Origin: an uncultured bacterium
GTDB taxonomy: Bacteria; Patescibacteriota; Microgenomatia; Levybacterales; UBA12049
DNA: 64,000 nt
Assembly: GCA_963826535.1 (NCBI GenBank)
Contig: CAWGXL010000011.1
Location: 256,809 to 320,808, forward strand
Direction of reading: 5' to 3'
Below, in pieces: positions 35,838-45,358 of this stretch. Position numbers and translations under genes: made by a program. Under the pieces are notes generated by a model. It saw only the letters and a program-made list of their open reading frames with translations. It did not search any database and was not told the DNA's origin. Numbering within the stretch: the stretch's first letter is position 1; each line of letters begins with the position of its first letter.

Positions 35838-37091
35838 ATGCACAGAAAGCCGCAAAGTATTCAGAATATATATCTTTACTTAGTACTGGGTAATACCTTA
35901 GCCGCTTCGTTTATTTGGGGAATTAATACTATTTTTCTGCTTGATGCGGGGCTTAGTAATTTTGAGGCGTTTTTGGCAAATGCATTTTTTACTGCGGGTA
36001 TGGTTATATTTGAGGTTCCTACAGGCATAATTGCCGACACATATGGACGAAGAATATCATATCTTGCAGGAACTGTTACACTGGCGGCTTCAACTGCAAT
36101 GTATCTTTTTATGTGGCAGATAAATGGTCCTTTTTGGGGATGGGCGGTTTCTTCAATTTTTTTAGGTCTGGGGTTCACGTTCTTTTCAGGGGCACTGGAG
36201 GCTTGGTTAGTTGATGCGCTGCATGCAACAAATTTTAAAGGGAGTCTGGACAGCGTGTTTGCAAGAGGACAAATTGTCGGAGGTGGAGCAATGCTTATCG
36301 GCTCTGTACTGGGCGGAGTTATTGCTCAGTTTACTAACCTTGGCGTCCCTTATATTTTAAGAGCACTCATTTTGCTTATAAGCTTTGGCACTGCTTTTTT
36401 CCTAATGAAAGACTTAGGATTCAAACCAAAAAAGGCAAAGCACCCTATAAAAGAAATGGAGAAAATTTTAACCAGTTCTATTGATCATGGTTTAAAAAAT
36501 CCTCCGGTCAGATGGATTATGCTTTCAGCTCCTTTTACGGCAGGAGTCAGTATTTATATTTTTTATTCGCTGCAGCCTTTTTTACTGCAACTATATGGCG
36601 ATGAAAAAGCTTACGGCATTGCAGGACTCGTTGCCGCAATCGCAGCAGCTGCACAAATTGCCGGAGGTTTCTTGGCACCATATATTAGGAAATTATTTAA
36701 CAGAAGAACAACTGCAATTCTATTAGGAACATTTATTACTACAATTATTTTAATATTCGTTTCCATTGTGAATAATTTTTGGGTTGTTCTTGCTCTTGTC
36801 TTCATTTGGGGATTACTTTATGCAACTCTCATGCCAATTCGTCAAGCTTATCTCAATGGAATAATTCAATCAGAACAAAGAGCAACAGTACTATCTTTTG
36901 ATGCGCTACTAGGATCAAGTGGCGGAATTTTCATTCAACCGGTACTGGGAAAAGCCGCAGATGTCTGGAGCTACTCAACATCATATATGATTGCAGCCCT
37001 TGTCCAAACCGCAGCACTTCCTTTTATTTATCTAGCTAAAAAAGAAAAAGCGAAATCAGATATTATTCAAGATGAAAAAAAAGTTGGGTAA
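35838..37091 (+). CDS. MFS transporter
   Basis: Twelve TM helices and a GRR-type motif (DTYGRRISYL). Confidence 0.8.
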   Translation: MHRKPQSIQNIYLYLVLGNTLAASFIWGINTIFLLDAGLSNFEAFLANAFFTAGMVIFEVPTGIIADTYGRRISYLAGTVTLAASTAMYLFMWQINGPFWGWAVSSIFLGLGFTFFSGALEAWLVDALHATNFKGSLDSVFARGQIVGGGAMLIGSVLGGVIAQFTNLGVPYILRALILLISFGTAFFLMKDLGFKPKKAKHPIKEMEKILTSSIDHGLKNPPVRWIMLSAPFTAGVSIYIFYSLQPFLLQLYGDEKAYGIAGLVAAIAAAAQIAGGFLAPYIRKLFNRRTTAILLGTFITTIILIFVSIVNNFWVVLALVFIWGLLYATLMPIRQAYLNGIIQSEQRATVLSFDALLGSSGGIFIQPVLGKAADVWSYSTSYMIAALVQTAALPFIYLAKKEKAKSDIIQDEKKVG

Positions 37092-37167
37092 TCTATTGCA
37101 AATTTATTACTTGTTTCTTGAAGTATATGTGATTGACAAAACAAATTTTCAGTAGCATAATACTTTC

Positions 37168-37551
37168 ATGATTACAGATGCGCCCATATCCCCAACTATT
37201 CCAGTTACAGATCTACAAAGAGCTCGTGAGTTTTACGAAAAAAAGTTGGGATTTGCAGTTGTGAAAGAACTCCCAAAGGGAATAACTTTTAAAGCCGGAA
37301 AAAATACAACTTTTTATATTTACAAGCGCGGCCCGTCCAAAGCAGATCACACCTTAGCATCATTCACAGTAGAAGATGTGGAAGCAACTGTTGACGAACT
37401 TACGCAAAAAGGGATTGTTTTTGAGCACTACGATTTCCCCGGACTCAAAACTAACGCAAAAGGGATTGCTGTGTCTGAAGAAGAAGGAGAAAAAGGGGCT
37501 TGGTTTAAAGATCCGGATGGAAATATCCTGGCGGTTAGCCAAGAATTATAA
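37168..37551 (+). CDS. VOC-family / glyoxalase-like protein
   Basis: PVTDLQRAREFYEKKLGF...FKDPDGNIL. Confidence 0.7.
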   Translation: MITDAPISPTIPVTDLQRAREFYEKKLGFAVVKELPKGITFKAGKNTTFYIYKRGPSKADHTLASFTVEDVEATVDELTQKGIVFEHYDFPGLKTNAKGIAVSEEEGEKGAWFKDPDGNILAVSQEL

Positions 37552-37699
37552 GGCTTAACGCTTCTTTACCTCAAATTTACTACAATAGGTCTTCCCGGAT
37601 TGAGGAATTTTGAAGCATTCCTATAGAAAATATCTTTCAAATGGAGTAAAATCTTTTAAATACGACTTACGCATTTGTGAGGAAAAAATATTACATGCT

Positions 37700-37731
37700 C
37701 TGGATTCCCGCCTTCGCGGGAATGACAACTG
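37700..37731. repeat. 32-bp palindromic repeat CTGGATTCCCGCCTTCGCGGGAATGACAACTG
   Basis: 31/32 identical to 57296-57327. Confidence 0.6.
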
Positions 37732-37748
37732 CGTGAGTCGTATAAATA

Positions 37749-38330
37749 ATGAATAAAACTCGGCTTGAAGCATTTAGCGATGGGGTCTTTGCAATCGTAA
37801 TTACCTTGCTCATACTTGATGTGCGAATACACGACGTCGAGTATGCTCAACTTCCTGATGCGCTCAGCAAAATTGTGCCGAGTATTATATCCTATGTCAT
37901 CAGCTTCGCAGTTATAGGTGTATACTGGTTCGCACACCACTATTATTTCAAGTTTGTAAAAAAGGTCAACAGCGTTTTTGTCTGGCTGAACACTTTATTA
38001 TTGCTACTCGTTAGCTTTATTCCTTTCCCAACATCCCTGCTTGGAGCATATCCATTTCAAAGCATTCCCGTTTTTATATACGGTATCAATTTACTCGCCC
38101 TTAATTCAGTCACTCTAGTTATGCTATTTTACCTTTACCGCCACCGCGAACTAGCGGCAGAAAGTTTGACCAAAGAGGCATTTAAAGATTTCTTGTGGAT
38201 CTATATATTCGTAAACGTTGCCTACCTTGTAGCAATTATACTTTCCTTTTTTCTTCCAACAGTAAGCTACCTGATTTATATTGCCGTATTAGTAATCTTG
38301 ATAATCCTCTTCGTAACTCGGGAACGATAA
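37749..38330 (+). CDS. TMEM175 / DUF1211-family potassium channel
   Basis: RLEAFSDGVFAIVITLLILD signature. Confidence 0.75.
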   Translation: MNKTRLEAFSDGVFAIVITLLILDVRIHDVEYAQLPDALSKIVPSIISYVISFAVIGVYWFAHHYYFKFVKKVNSVFVWLNTLLLLLVSFIPFPTSLLGAYPFQSIPVFIYGINLLALNSVTLVMLFYLYRHRELAAESLTKEAFKDFLWIYIFVNVAYLVAIILSFFLPTVSYLIYIAVLVILIILFVTRER

Positions 38331-38366
38331 GCAAATGAAAACAATTGGAATTGAGATATAGAGGTT

Positions 38367-38978
38367 CTAATAATCACCACTTAATTCTCCGCAAGAAGTA
38401 TAATTTTTTATATTAGCTGTTGATTCATGTACATTGATGGCAAGAGGAGGTTGTTGTTCCAGCTCTTCTAAAGTAACGTCCAACGTTGTAACTGATTGCC
38501 CATTAACTACATTTGTTAAGGGATATTTTACTTCTCCAACTCCTGGACAATTGCCTGCGTGAATGTGTGCCGGCTGCGGATTATTTTGAAAGCCGGTTAA
38601 ATTAAGCGTTACTACTACTTTTCCATCCGTTTCTAAAAGTCGTGCTGTGCCTGATTCGCTAGAGTTATTTACCGCTTCAAGAGTTACGGTCATATCATGA
38701 GTCGTTTGTTGGGTAATTGATGGGATAGTTTGCTGCTGCGAAGTAGGTTGTGTATTTTGTTGCTCCGCTGTAGGTTGAACAGACGATGGAGTCGGATTAT
38801 ATGCATCTTTGTTCGCAAAAGCGAAATAGTAAATAACTCCATAGACTATTGCGGCAATAATGACATAAATTAAGATCCACTGCCAAAGAGGTCTTTTATT
38901 ATAAGCGTTGCTTTTCGGTTCTACTGTAGTTTCTTCCGCCATTAACGCTATAATGCCAAAAATATATTGAGATGTCAA
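38367..38978 (-). CDS. Membrane-anchored CHRD-domain protein
   Basis: N-terminal TM helix. PAHIHAGNCPGVG resembles the CHRD AHIHxG motif. Confidence 0.45.
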   Translation of the reverse strand: MTSQYIFGIIALMAEETTVEPKSNAYNKRPLWQWILIYVIIAAIVYGVIYYFAFANKDAYNPTPSSVQPTAEQQNTQPTSQQQTIPSITQQTTHDMTVTLEAVNNSSESGTARLLETDGKVVVTLNLTGFQNNPQPAHIHAGNCPGVGEVKYPLTNVVNGQSVTTLDVTLEELEQQPPLAINVHESTANIKNYTSCGELSGDY

Positions 38979-39053
38979 GAGGTTAATCTTGACGATAAAG
39001 CGCTTAAATAATTTTAGGTGGTTTTAAAGGAGGGGTTTTGATGTGATACAATC

Positions 39054-39548
39054 TTGGATAAATCCACTATGAGCCATATTTATCAAATACTTGAAGATCT
39101 TAAAATTACATTTAAGAAACACGAGCATACGGCAGTTTTTACTGTTGCAGAGGGGCAAAAGTATGATAGAGGGATTGAGGAGGGCAAAAGCAAAAATATT
39201 TTTCTCAGAAATAAGAAGGGGGACAAACATTATTTAGTTATTGTGGAAAGCTCAAAAAGAGTTGATTTGAAAGCGCTTGCATCTAATCTCGATGAAAAGA
39301 GGATGAGCTTTGCAGCACCTGAACGCTTAATGGAGCTTCTGGGACTCACGCCGGGATCTGTTTCTCCTTTTGGACTTATCAATGACAAAAATAAATTGGT
39401 AAGTGTTGTGGTTGATGAAGGGCTGTTGAAATATAAACAAGTAGCGTTTCATCCAAATATTAATACTGCCACACTAATTATAAGTACAGTTGATTTTAAA
39501 AAATTTCTAGAGTGGACTAAAAACCGGGTAACTTATCTAAAATTATAA
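39054..39548 (+). CDS. YbaK/ProX-like aminoacyl-tRNA deacylase domain protein
   Basis: KSKNIFLRNKKGDKHYLVIV...TPGSVSPFGL. Confidence 0.65.
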   Translation: MDKSTMSHIYQILEDLKITFKKHEHTAVFTVAEGQKYDRGIEEGKSKNIFLRNKKGDKHYLVIVESSKRVDLKALASNLDEKRMSFAAPERLMELLGLTPGSVSPFGLINDKNKLVSVVVDEGLLKYKQVAFHPNINTATLIISTVDFKKFLEWTKNRVTYLKL

Positions 39549-39550
39549 AG

Positions 39551-40258
39551 ATGAATGAAATGCTTATAAATCTTAAATCGGATGTGAGGAAGTTTGCTGA
39601 TCCTAAAAAAAAGCAAGTGCTTCAGAGATTTTTCAAAACGGGGCCCGGGCAATATGGTGAAGGAGACGAGTTTTTGGGTGTCACGGTGCCGCAGTCTAGG
39701 TCTGTCGCGATTGCGTATAAAGATTTGTCTTTTTCAGATATTAAAAAGCTATTGGCATCTCCGGTGCACGAAGAGCGGCTTATCGGGCTTCTGATACTGG
39801 TTCATAATTTCCAAAAAGGAGATTCTGATGTACGGCAAAAAATATATGGGTTTTACAAAACACATATGAAACACATAAATAATTGGGACCTGGTTGACTT
39901 GACTGCGGATAAAATTGTCGGACAGTATCTTCTGGATAATCCGAAGAATATGCCGATTCTGCAAAAGTTAGCTCGATCTAATAATATGTGGGAACGCCGG
40001 ATTGCGATGATCGCAACTTTTCAATTCATAAAAAATAATCAATTCGAGCCTGTCCTCCGAATAGCGACAATTTTGGTAAATGACAAACATGATTTGATTC
40101 AAAAGGCAGTTGGGTGGATGCTTCGCGAATTGGGCAAGCGGGATAAAAAAAAGCTAATTAACTTTCTCGAAAAATATAAACATACTATGCCGCGGGTAAT
40201 GTTCAGGTATGCGATAGAACATTTTTCGCCGGAAGAGAATGCGAGAATTAATAAATGA
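39551..40258 (+). CDS. DNA alkylation repair protein (AlkD/AlkC-like HEAT repeat)
   Basis: KKQVLQRFFKTGPGQYGEGDEFLGVTVP typical N-terminus. Confidence 0.7.
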   Translation: MNEMLINLKSDVRKFADPKKKQVLQRFFKTGPGQYGEGDEFLGVTVPQSRSVAIAYKDLSFSDIKKLLASPVHEERLIGLLILVHNFQKGDSDVRQKIYGFYKTHMKHINNWDLVDLTADKIVGQYLLDNPKNMPILQKLARSNNMWERRIAMIATFQFIKNNQFEPVLRIATILVNDKHDLIQKAVGWMLRELGKRDKKKLINFLEKYKHTMPRVMFRYAIEHFSPEENARINK

Positions 40259-40335
40259 GGTGTTTGGATAAAGGGAAGATTAACACGAACAGAAAGCCTT
40301 ATAAAAAAGACTTTCTGTCGAATTCCGGAGTACGT

Positions 40336-40974
40336 TTAGAGACCAAGATGGACTGAAAGAATACCATCTGATCCTCCAATTTCCGCTGAAACTGCCGGAA
40401 GAGATACTTTTATATCAGTCTGCGAATCTATTTTAGTTTCAGTAGATGCTTGCTGATTGATTTCTTCTGGCATTGGGCTAGTGCTCGGTTGTGTTGTTGG
40501 CGAAGGCGCAACTGTCGGAGTAGGCCCCGATTGAATCGGGGTAGACTGTGCTCCTATATTCGCCTGCGCCTGGGTGTTTGCGCCGGCATTAGTTTTGGAA
40601 CCTGTCTGAGCAGCAGGTTGAATTTCTGTTTGCCCCGATTCAGCCCCGATTTTATCGGGGGAACTCGGGGTTGGCGTTGGGCTAGAGCTTGGTTGTCCCG
40701 ACTGAGTCGGGATCGGGGTTGGCGTAACAGTAGGAATGGTTGAATCGTCCTCTGTTGTGCTACTAACCGCTGCTCCTAAACCGAAATTCGCATCCGCACT
40801 CACTGCTCCGAAAAGATTACTATCCAGCTGTGCGTTTGTTTGCGTTTGTGTGTTTGCGCGTACTGGAACATCGATTTTGTTATCGGATTTCAAAGCCGGA
40901 AAGTCAGTTTCTGCAGCTAATGCCATACCGGTGGTAAGGCCAAGAGTAAGTATGCCAATTACAAATTTTTGCAT
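40336..40974 (-). CDS. Secreted low-complexity T/P/S/Q-rich protein
   Basis: Signal peptide. Shares an operon with the ECF sigma / anti-sigma genes. Confidence 0.55.
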   Translation of the reverse strand: MQKFVIGILTLGLTTGMALAAETDFPALKSDNKIDVPVRANTQTQTNAQLDSNLFGAVSADANFGLGAAVSSTTEDDSTIPTVTPTPIPTQSGQPSSSPTPTPSSPDKIGAESGQTEIQPAAQTGSKTNAGANTQAQANIGAQSTPIQSGPTPTVAPSPTTQPSTSPMPEEINQQASTETKIDSQTDIKVSLPAVSAEIGGSDGILSVHLGL

Positions 40975-40990
40975 GATTAATCACCTCCTT

Positions 40991-41695
40991 TCATAATCCA
41001 AGATGTACGGGCGGCAAAGCCGGGTGCAAGACTGTACCCGGCAAAGGTATATTCACCTGAATATTCGGCAGCAAGGACGCGTTACCTGCGCCATTATTCA
41101 GTTCCTTGCTGCCTTCTAATGCGAGTGTGGGAGTTGGGGCGGGTGGAGATCCAATTGAGATGCCGACGTTAACCGGAAGTATAGGAGTAGCCACGGCTGC
41201 GTTGACTTGTGGTATTTGCACTTCTTGTTGCGTAGGTGATTGGGTGGGAGTAGGTGTTGATAAGGGAACTTGAGTGGGAGCTGCCGATATACCAGTATTT
41301 ATCGATTGGCTTGAAGCAGGAAGTGAGGGTGAGGGTTGTATTTGTTGGTCCTGTAAAGACTTTGAATCCACGTTCATGTTTATCGTTTTGGACTTTGGGT
41401 TAATTTCGGGCTCAGGCGGTTGAGAAATAAAATGAGTCTTTGCTTGTTCAACGATTTCTTTGATTGGATAGAGAAGATCGCCCGGATTACTTTGAGTTGA
41501 GGCGACGACGACACCCGCGCCTCCAAGAAGCAGGAGAGCTATGAGGACAATTGCCAAACGAATAACTGAAAAGAAAAAAACAGGAGAGTGATCAGATAGG
41601 GCAAGATCTCTCATACTAGCGCGGAACTCAGCACTTGGCTGAACCGAATGTAATGCTTTTATTCCCTGAATGATGTCTTGGTATTCGTTATTCAT
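40991..41695 (-). CDS. Anti-sigma factor-like membrane protein
   Basis: Cytoplasmic N-terminus, one TM helix and a P/S-rich exterior. Start overlaps the ECF sigma stop. Confidence 0.55.
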   Translation of the reverse strand: MNNEYQDIIQGIKALHSVQPSAEFRASMRDLALSDHSPVFFFSVIRLAIVLIALLLLGGAGVVVASTQSNPGDLLYPIKEIVEQAKTHFISQPPEPEINPKSKTINMNVDSKSLQDQQIQPSPSLPASSQSINTGISAAPTQVPLSTPTPTQSPTQQEVQIPQVNAAVATPILPVNVGISIGSPPAPTPTLALEGSKELNNGAGNASLLPNIQVNIPLPGTVLHPALPPVHLGL

Positions 41696-42267
41696 TATTT
41701 TTTTAAAATTTTCCGGAGGCTTTGTAATCCCCGGTATTGCATTGCCCTGATTGCGTCAACGTGCTTATCCATGATATTTGCGATTTCCTGATTGGAAAAA
41801 CCCTCAATAAATTTCAAAGTAATGACTGTTTTTTGCTCATCGGTTAACGTCTCAAGCGCAATAACCACTTCTTGCATACTCCACTTGTGATCGATATGTT
41901 CTTCAACATCTGTTAAAGGTTCATCTATTAACTTTTCTTCTACAACGCGCATATGTATTTTTTGTGTTTTGTAATAATCAACAACTGTATTATGTGCGAT
42001 TCGGTAAAGCCAGGCGCGAAAATTACCTTTTTCAGTTGTGAAATTATCGATACTTTGCCAAGCTTTAAAGAAAACCGTTTGGGTCAAGTCTTCAGCTATT
42101 TCTCTCTTTTGGCTTACATGAAAGAAAATATAGCGATAGATCTTATCAAGATAGCTCAGGTATAACTTGCCAAATGCTTCTTTATCCCCCTTTTGTATTT
42201 TCTGTATCAACCGATGCTCGGAAAACTGCTCAAGTACTTGAATTTGTTTTTTTAAAAAACTGATCAT
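41695..42267 (-). CDS. ECF-type RNA polymerase sigma factor
   Basis: Region 2 (RAWLYRIAHNTVVDYYK) and region 4 (FSNQEIANIMDKHVDAIRAMQYRGLQSL). Confidence 0.85.
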   Translation of the reverse strand: MISFLKKQIQVLEQFSEHRLIQKIQKGDKEAFGKLYLSYLDKIYRYIFFHVSQKREIAEDLTQTVFFKAWQSIDNFTTEKGNFRAWLYRIAHNTVVDYYKTQKIHMRVVEEKLIDEPLTDVEEHIDHKWSMQEVVIALETLTDEQKTVITLKFIEGFSNQEIANIMDKHVDAIRAMQYRGLQSLRKILKK

Positions 42268-42374
42268 CGTGCATGCCTTTCTATAACGAATGAGTTACTG
42301 TTTTGTGACGCAAATAAAAAAACCTGCCACATGTGGACAGGTTTGAAATTATCAATTATGAAGAAATACGCTCT

Positions 42375-43193
42375 TTATTTTTTACCTTGGCGTTCAAAAA
42401 GCCAGGTTGCGAAGGGCATTGAGACAATAATAATTCCGATACACCAGATAAATGCCAGCCACCCGGAATCACCGAGAGGCGTACCGACTAACCAAGCGCG
42501 GATGGCATTAATAACGTGAGTAAGGGGCTGATTTTCCGCGAAAAGTCGCAATACATACGGCATAGTATGGGTTGGCACAAATGCACTTGAAATAAAAGTC
42601 AAGGGAAAGATCACGACAAAGCCTACCCACTGTGCTGCCTCAAGACTTTTAACAAAGAGGCCCATGATGGCTGATAACCAGGAAATGGCAAGGGTAAAAA
42701 GCAGCGAGAGAATTAAGACCAATAGCCATTCTATGGGCTCTGCATTTGGCCGGAAACCGACGAGAAAGCTAACGGCAAATACAATAATCGCTGACATTAT
42801 ATTACGTACTAAATCCGCCGTAACATGGCCTACCAAAAGTGCACTGCTTGACATGGGGAGCGAACGAAACCGGTCTACAATACCCTCTTTGAGATCAACT
42901 GCTAAATTTATAGTTGTGTAATTCGCGCCAAAAGCCAGAAGCTGCACCAAAATACCAGCGACTAAATAGTTAGTGTAACTTATATCACCTGTGTCTATAG
43001 CACCGCCAAAGACAAAGTTATTCAAAATGAGAAACATTATCGGAAAGAGGACGACATTCATGAGCTGATCAAGACTCCTAGTGATGTGTAAGATACTACG
43101 TTTTGTCATCACCCACGAATCACTTATTGTCCAAAAAAAACTGGAATGTTGCTCGGGTTGTGCAAGTGAAAAATTTGAATTATTTTTTTTCAT
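42375..43193 (-). CDS. ABC-2 type exporter permease
   Basis: Six TM helices. Likely start MKKNNSNF. Confidence 0.7.
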   Translation of the reverse strand: MKKNNSNFSLAQPEQHSSFFWTISDSWVMTKRSILHITRSLDQLMNVVLFPIMFLILNNFVFGGAIDTGDISYTNYLVAGILVQLLAFGANYTTINLAVDLKEGIVDRFRSLPMSSSALLVGHVTADLVRNIMSAIIVFAVSFLVGFRPNAEPIEWLLVLILSLLFTLAISWLSAIMGLFVKSLEAAQWVGFVVIFPLTFISSAFVPTHTMPYVLRLFAENQPLTHVINAIRAWLVGTPLGDSGWLAFIWCIGIIIVSMPFATWLFERQGKK

Positions 43194-44175
43194 TATTTTT
43201 TTCCTTCCCCGCATGATCTTCATCATTTTCGCGGCTAGCTGCATGACCTGTTAGTTTAAGAAAGACGTCATCAAGTGTCGGACGATGCAGAGATACACTA
43301 TCAACTTGAATACGCGCATCCTCTAGACGCTGCAGCACAAGTTTGAGTTCCGATACTCCCCTTTTTATGGCAATGATTATTGTCCTGCGTTGCCCATCTT
43401 CATGCAAAACCTCACCGGTAATTGCTTTTTTTGCCTTTTCAAAATCGCTACTTTTTGCAATGGTCACTTCTAAACGATCAGCTCCGACACGAGCTTTAAG
43501 GGTATCAGCAGTTCCTTCAGCAATAACCTTGCCATTATCAATAACGACTATCCTATCAGCGAGGTGGTCAGCTTCATCCATATACTGAGTAGTCAAAAGA
43601 ATAGTTGTTCCGCTTGCCACAAGCTGCTTAATCATTTCCCACATCGTTAACCGGCTTCTCGGATCTAGCCCTGTTGTTGGCTCATCCAAAAAAATAATTG
43701 GCGGGGAAGCAATTAAACTCATGGCGAGATCAATTCTGCGTTTCATTCCGCCAGAGTATGTTTTCACCGGACGGCGGGAAGAATCAGTCAGATCAAATTG
43801 CTGCAAAAGTTCACGCGTCCGGCGCTTGGTATCCTCGAAGCTGTAACGATAAAGCCGCCCCATCATATGGAGATTCTCTTCACCTGTTAAATATTCATCA
43901 ACAGCAGCAAACTGACCGGTTAATCCAATACTACTTCGTACATGTTTAGATTCTTTTACTACATCATATCCGTTTATTAAAGCTTGACCGCTATCAGGAA
44001 TAAGGAGAGTACTCAAGATCCTAATTGTAGTAGTCTTACCGGCGCCATTTGGACCAAGGAGTGCTAAAATCGTACCGCGTTTGACAGTTAAGTCAATTCC
44101 ACGAAGCACTTTAAGGTTTTTAAAGGATTTCCGTAGGCCCTTAACTACAATGGCATTATCAGTAAATTTTTTCAT
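43180..44175 (-). CDS. ABC transporter ATP-binding protein (DrrA-like)
   Basis: GPNGAGKTT, YSGGMKRR, IFLDEPTTGLD. Confidence 0.85.
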   Translation of the reverse strand: MKKFTDNAIVVKGLRKSFKNLKVLRGIDLTVKRGTILALLGPNGAGKTTTIRILSTLLIPDSGQALINGYDVVKESKHVRSSIGLTGQFAAVDEYLTGEENLHMMGRLYRYSFEDTKRRTRELLQQFDLTDSSRRPVKTYSGGMKRRIDLAMSLIASPPIIFLDEPTTGLDPRSRLTMWEMIKQLVASGTTILLTTQYMDEADHLADRIVVIDNGKVIAEGTADTLKARVGADRLEVTIAKSSDFEKAKKAITGEVLHEDGQRRTIIIAIKRGVSELKLVLQRLEDARIQVDSVSLHRPTLDDVFLKLTGHAASRENDEDHAGKEKNNEKK

Positions 44176-44214
44176 AGACCCTATTATAGCAAATCAATTA
44201 ATTTAGTTCATCTC

Positions 44215-45307
44215 TGTATAAGTTACGAAACATTTTAGACATTTCGTAACTATGGATCATTACGCAAAAGCATACCCAATCTTTAGTAGAATCAAAGGCA
44301 TTGAGGAGGTGAAAGAGATGCTCAAAAGCCTTAAACGGTTCTCTAGGGATGAAGTCGCACAAGAACGATTACGCATCATTGAGTTTTATGACGAGTATGG
44401 AGAGCGTGCAACGAAAAAAGCTTTTCGAGTTGGAAGGAATACCCTTTGGGTTTGGAAGCAACGATTAAAAAACAATAAAAACAAACTATCGTCACTTATT
44501 CCTGATTCCACAACGCCTAAATCCAAAAGACAAATGCAAACTCATCCAAAAGTACTTTCATATATCCGTTACTTGCGGGAGAAACATCCCCGTCTGGGAA
44601 AGGAAAAGATAAAACCACTTTTAGATCAATATTGCAAGAAAGAAGAGCTAGTAGCAATAGGAGAATCAACTATCGGAAAGGTCATTAAAAGAAATAATTT
44701 CTATTTCCAAAAGAGTGGCAAGATCTATCATAATCCTTCACATAAATTTGCTAAGGCAAAAAGAAAGAAGCGGGACAGGATCAAGAAGCCGCCAAGACCG
44801 CAGTCTTTTGGCTATATTGAAATGGATACAGTCATTAAATTTGTTGATGGAATAAAAGTATATTTTTTAACAGCCATAGATGTGAAGCTTAAATTTGCAT
44901 TCAGCCTGCCCTATGGCAAACTCAATAGCCGTAATACTGTTGATTTCTTCAAGAAGCTCCATTCAGTATATCCAATAACAATTATCACTGTGCAAACAGA
45001 CAATGGCTTAGAGTTTCTTGGAGAATTTGAAGAATACCTTGAAAAACAAAATATACCACATGTTTTTATATATCCCAGATGCTGCAAAATCAACGGCACT
45101 ATTGAACGGTTCAATAGAACCATCCAAGAAGACTTTATTGATGAAAACTTACATATTATTGCAGACCGAAAACTATTCTCTTCCAAATTAATCGAATATT
45201 TGTTATTCTACAATACAGAGCGACCACATAAATCCTTGGGATTACAATCCCCATTGGGATATTTATTAAAACATGGAGGTATGTCTAAAAACTCCGTAAC
45301 TTATACA
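44215..45307 (+). mobile_element. IS481-like insertion sequence (1093 bp) with 13-bp perfect inverted repeats TGTATAAGTTACG and a 5-bp target-site duplication ATCTC
   Basis: Left inverted repeat 44215-44227, right inverted repeat 45295-45307. ATCTC at 44210-44214 and 45308-45312. Confidence 0.8.
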
Positions 45308-45331
45308 ATCTCTTGCATTTTAAAAAAATAA
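44252..45331 (+). CDS. DDE transposase (rve integrase core, single ORF, IS481-family-like)
   Basis: N-terminal HTH and DDE core (TDNGLEF ... ERFNRT). The ORF reads through the right inverted repeat for 24 nt. Confidence 0.8.
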   Translation: MDHYAKAYPIFSRIKGIEEVKEMLKSLKRFSRDEVAQERLRIIEFYDEYGERATKKAFRVGRNTLWVWKQRLKNNKNKLSSLIPDSTTPKSKRQMQTHPKVLSYIRYLREKHPRLGKEKIKPLLDQYCKKEELVAIGESTIGKVIKRNNFYFQKSGKIYHNPSHKFAKAKRKKRDRIKKPPRPQSFGYIEMDTVIKFVDGIKVYFLTAIDVKLKFAFSLPYGKLNSRNTVDFFKKLHSVYPITIITVQTDNGLEFLGEFEEYLEKQNIPHVFIYPRCCKINGTIERFNRTIQEDFIDENLHIIADRKLFSSKLIEYLLFYNTERPHKSLGLQSPLGYLLKHGGMSKNSVTYTISCILKK

Positions 45332-45358
45332 TGCTAGAATAAATATAATAATATCTTT

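Noticed and set aside
37700-37731. Identity with the Neisseria dRS3 repeat (ATTCCC-N8-GGGAAT)
   Set aside because: The pattern matches formally (ATTCCCGCCTTCGCGGGAAT). The genome composition and gene content are clearly not neisserial. I treat it as a convergent short palindrome family.
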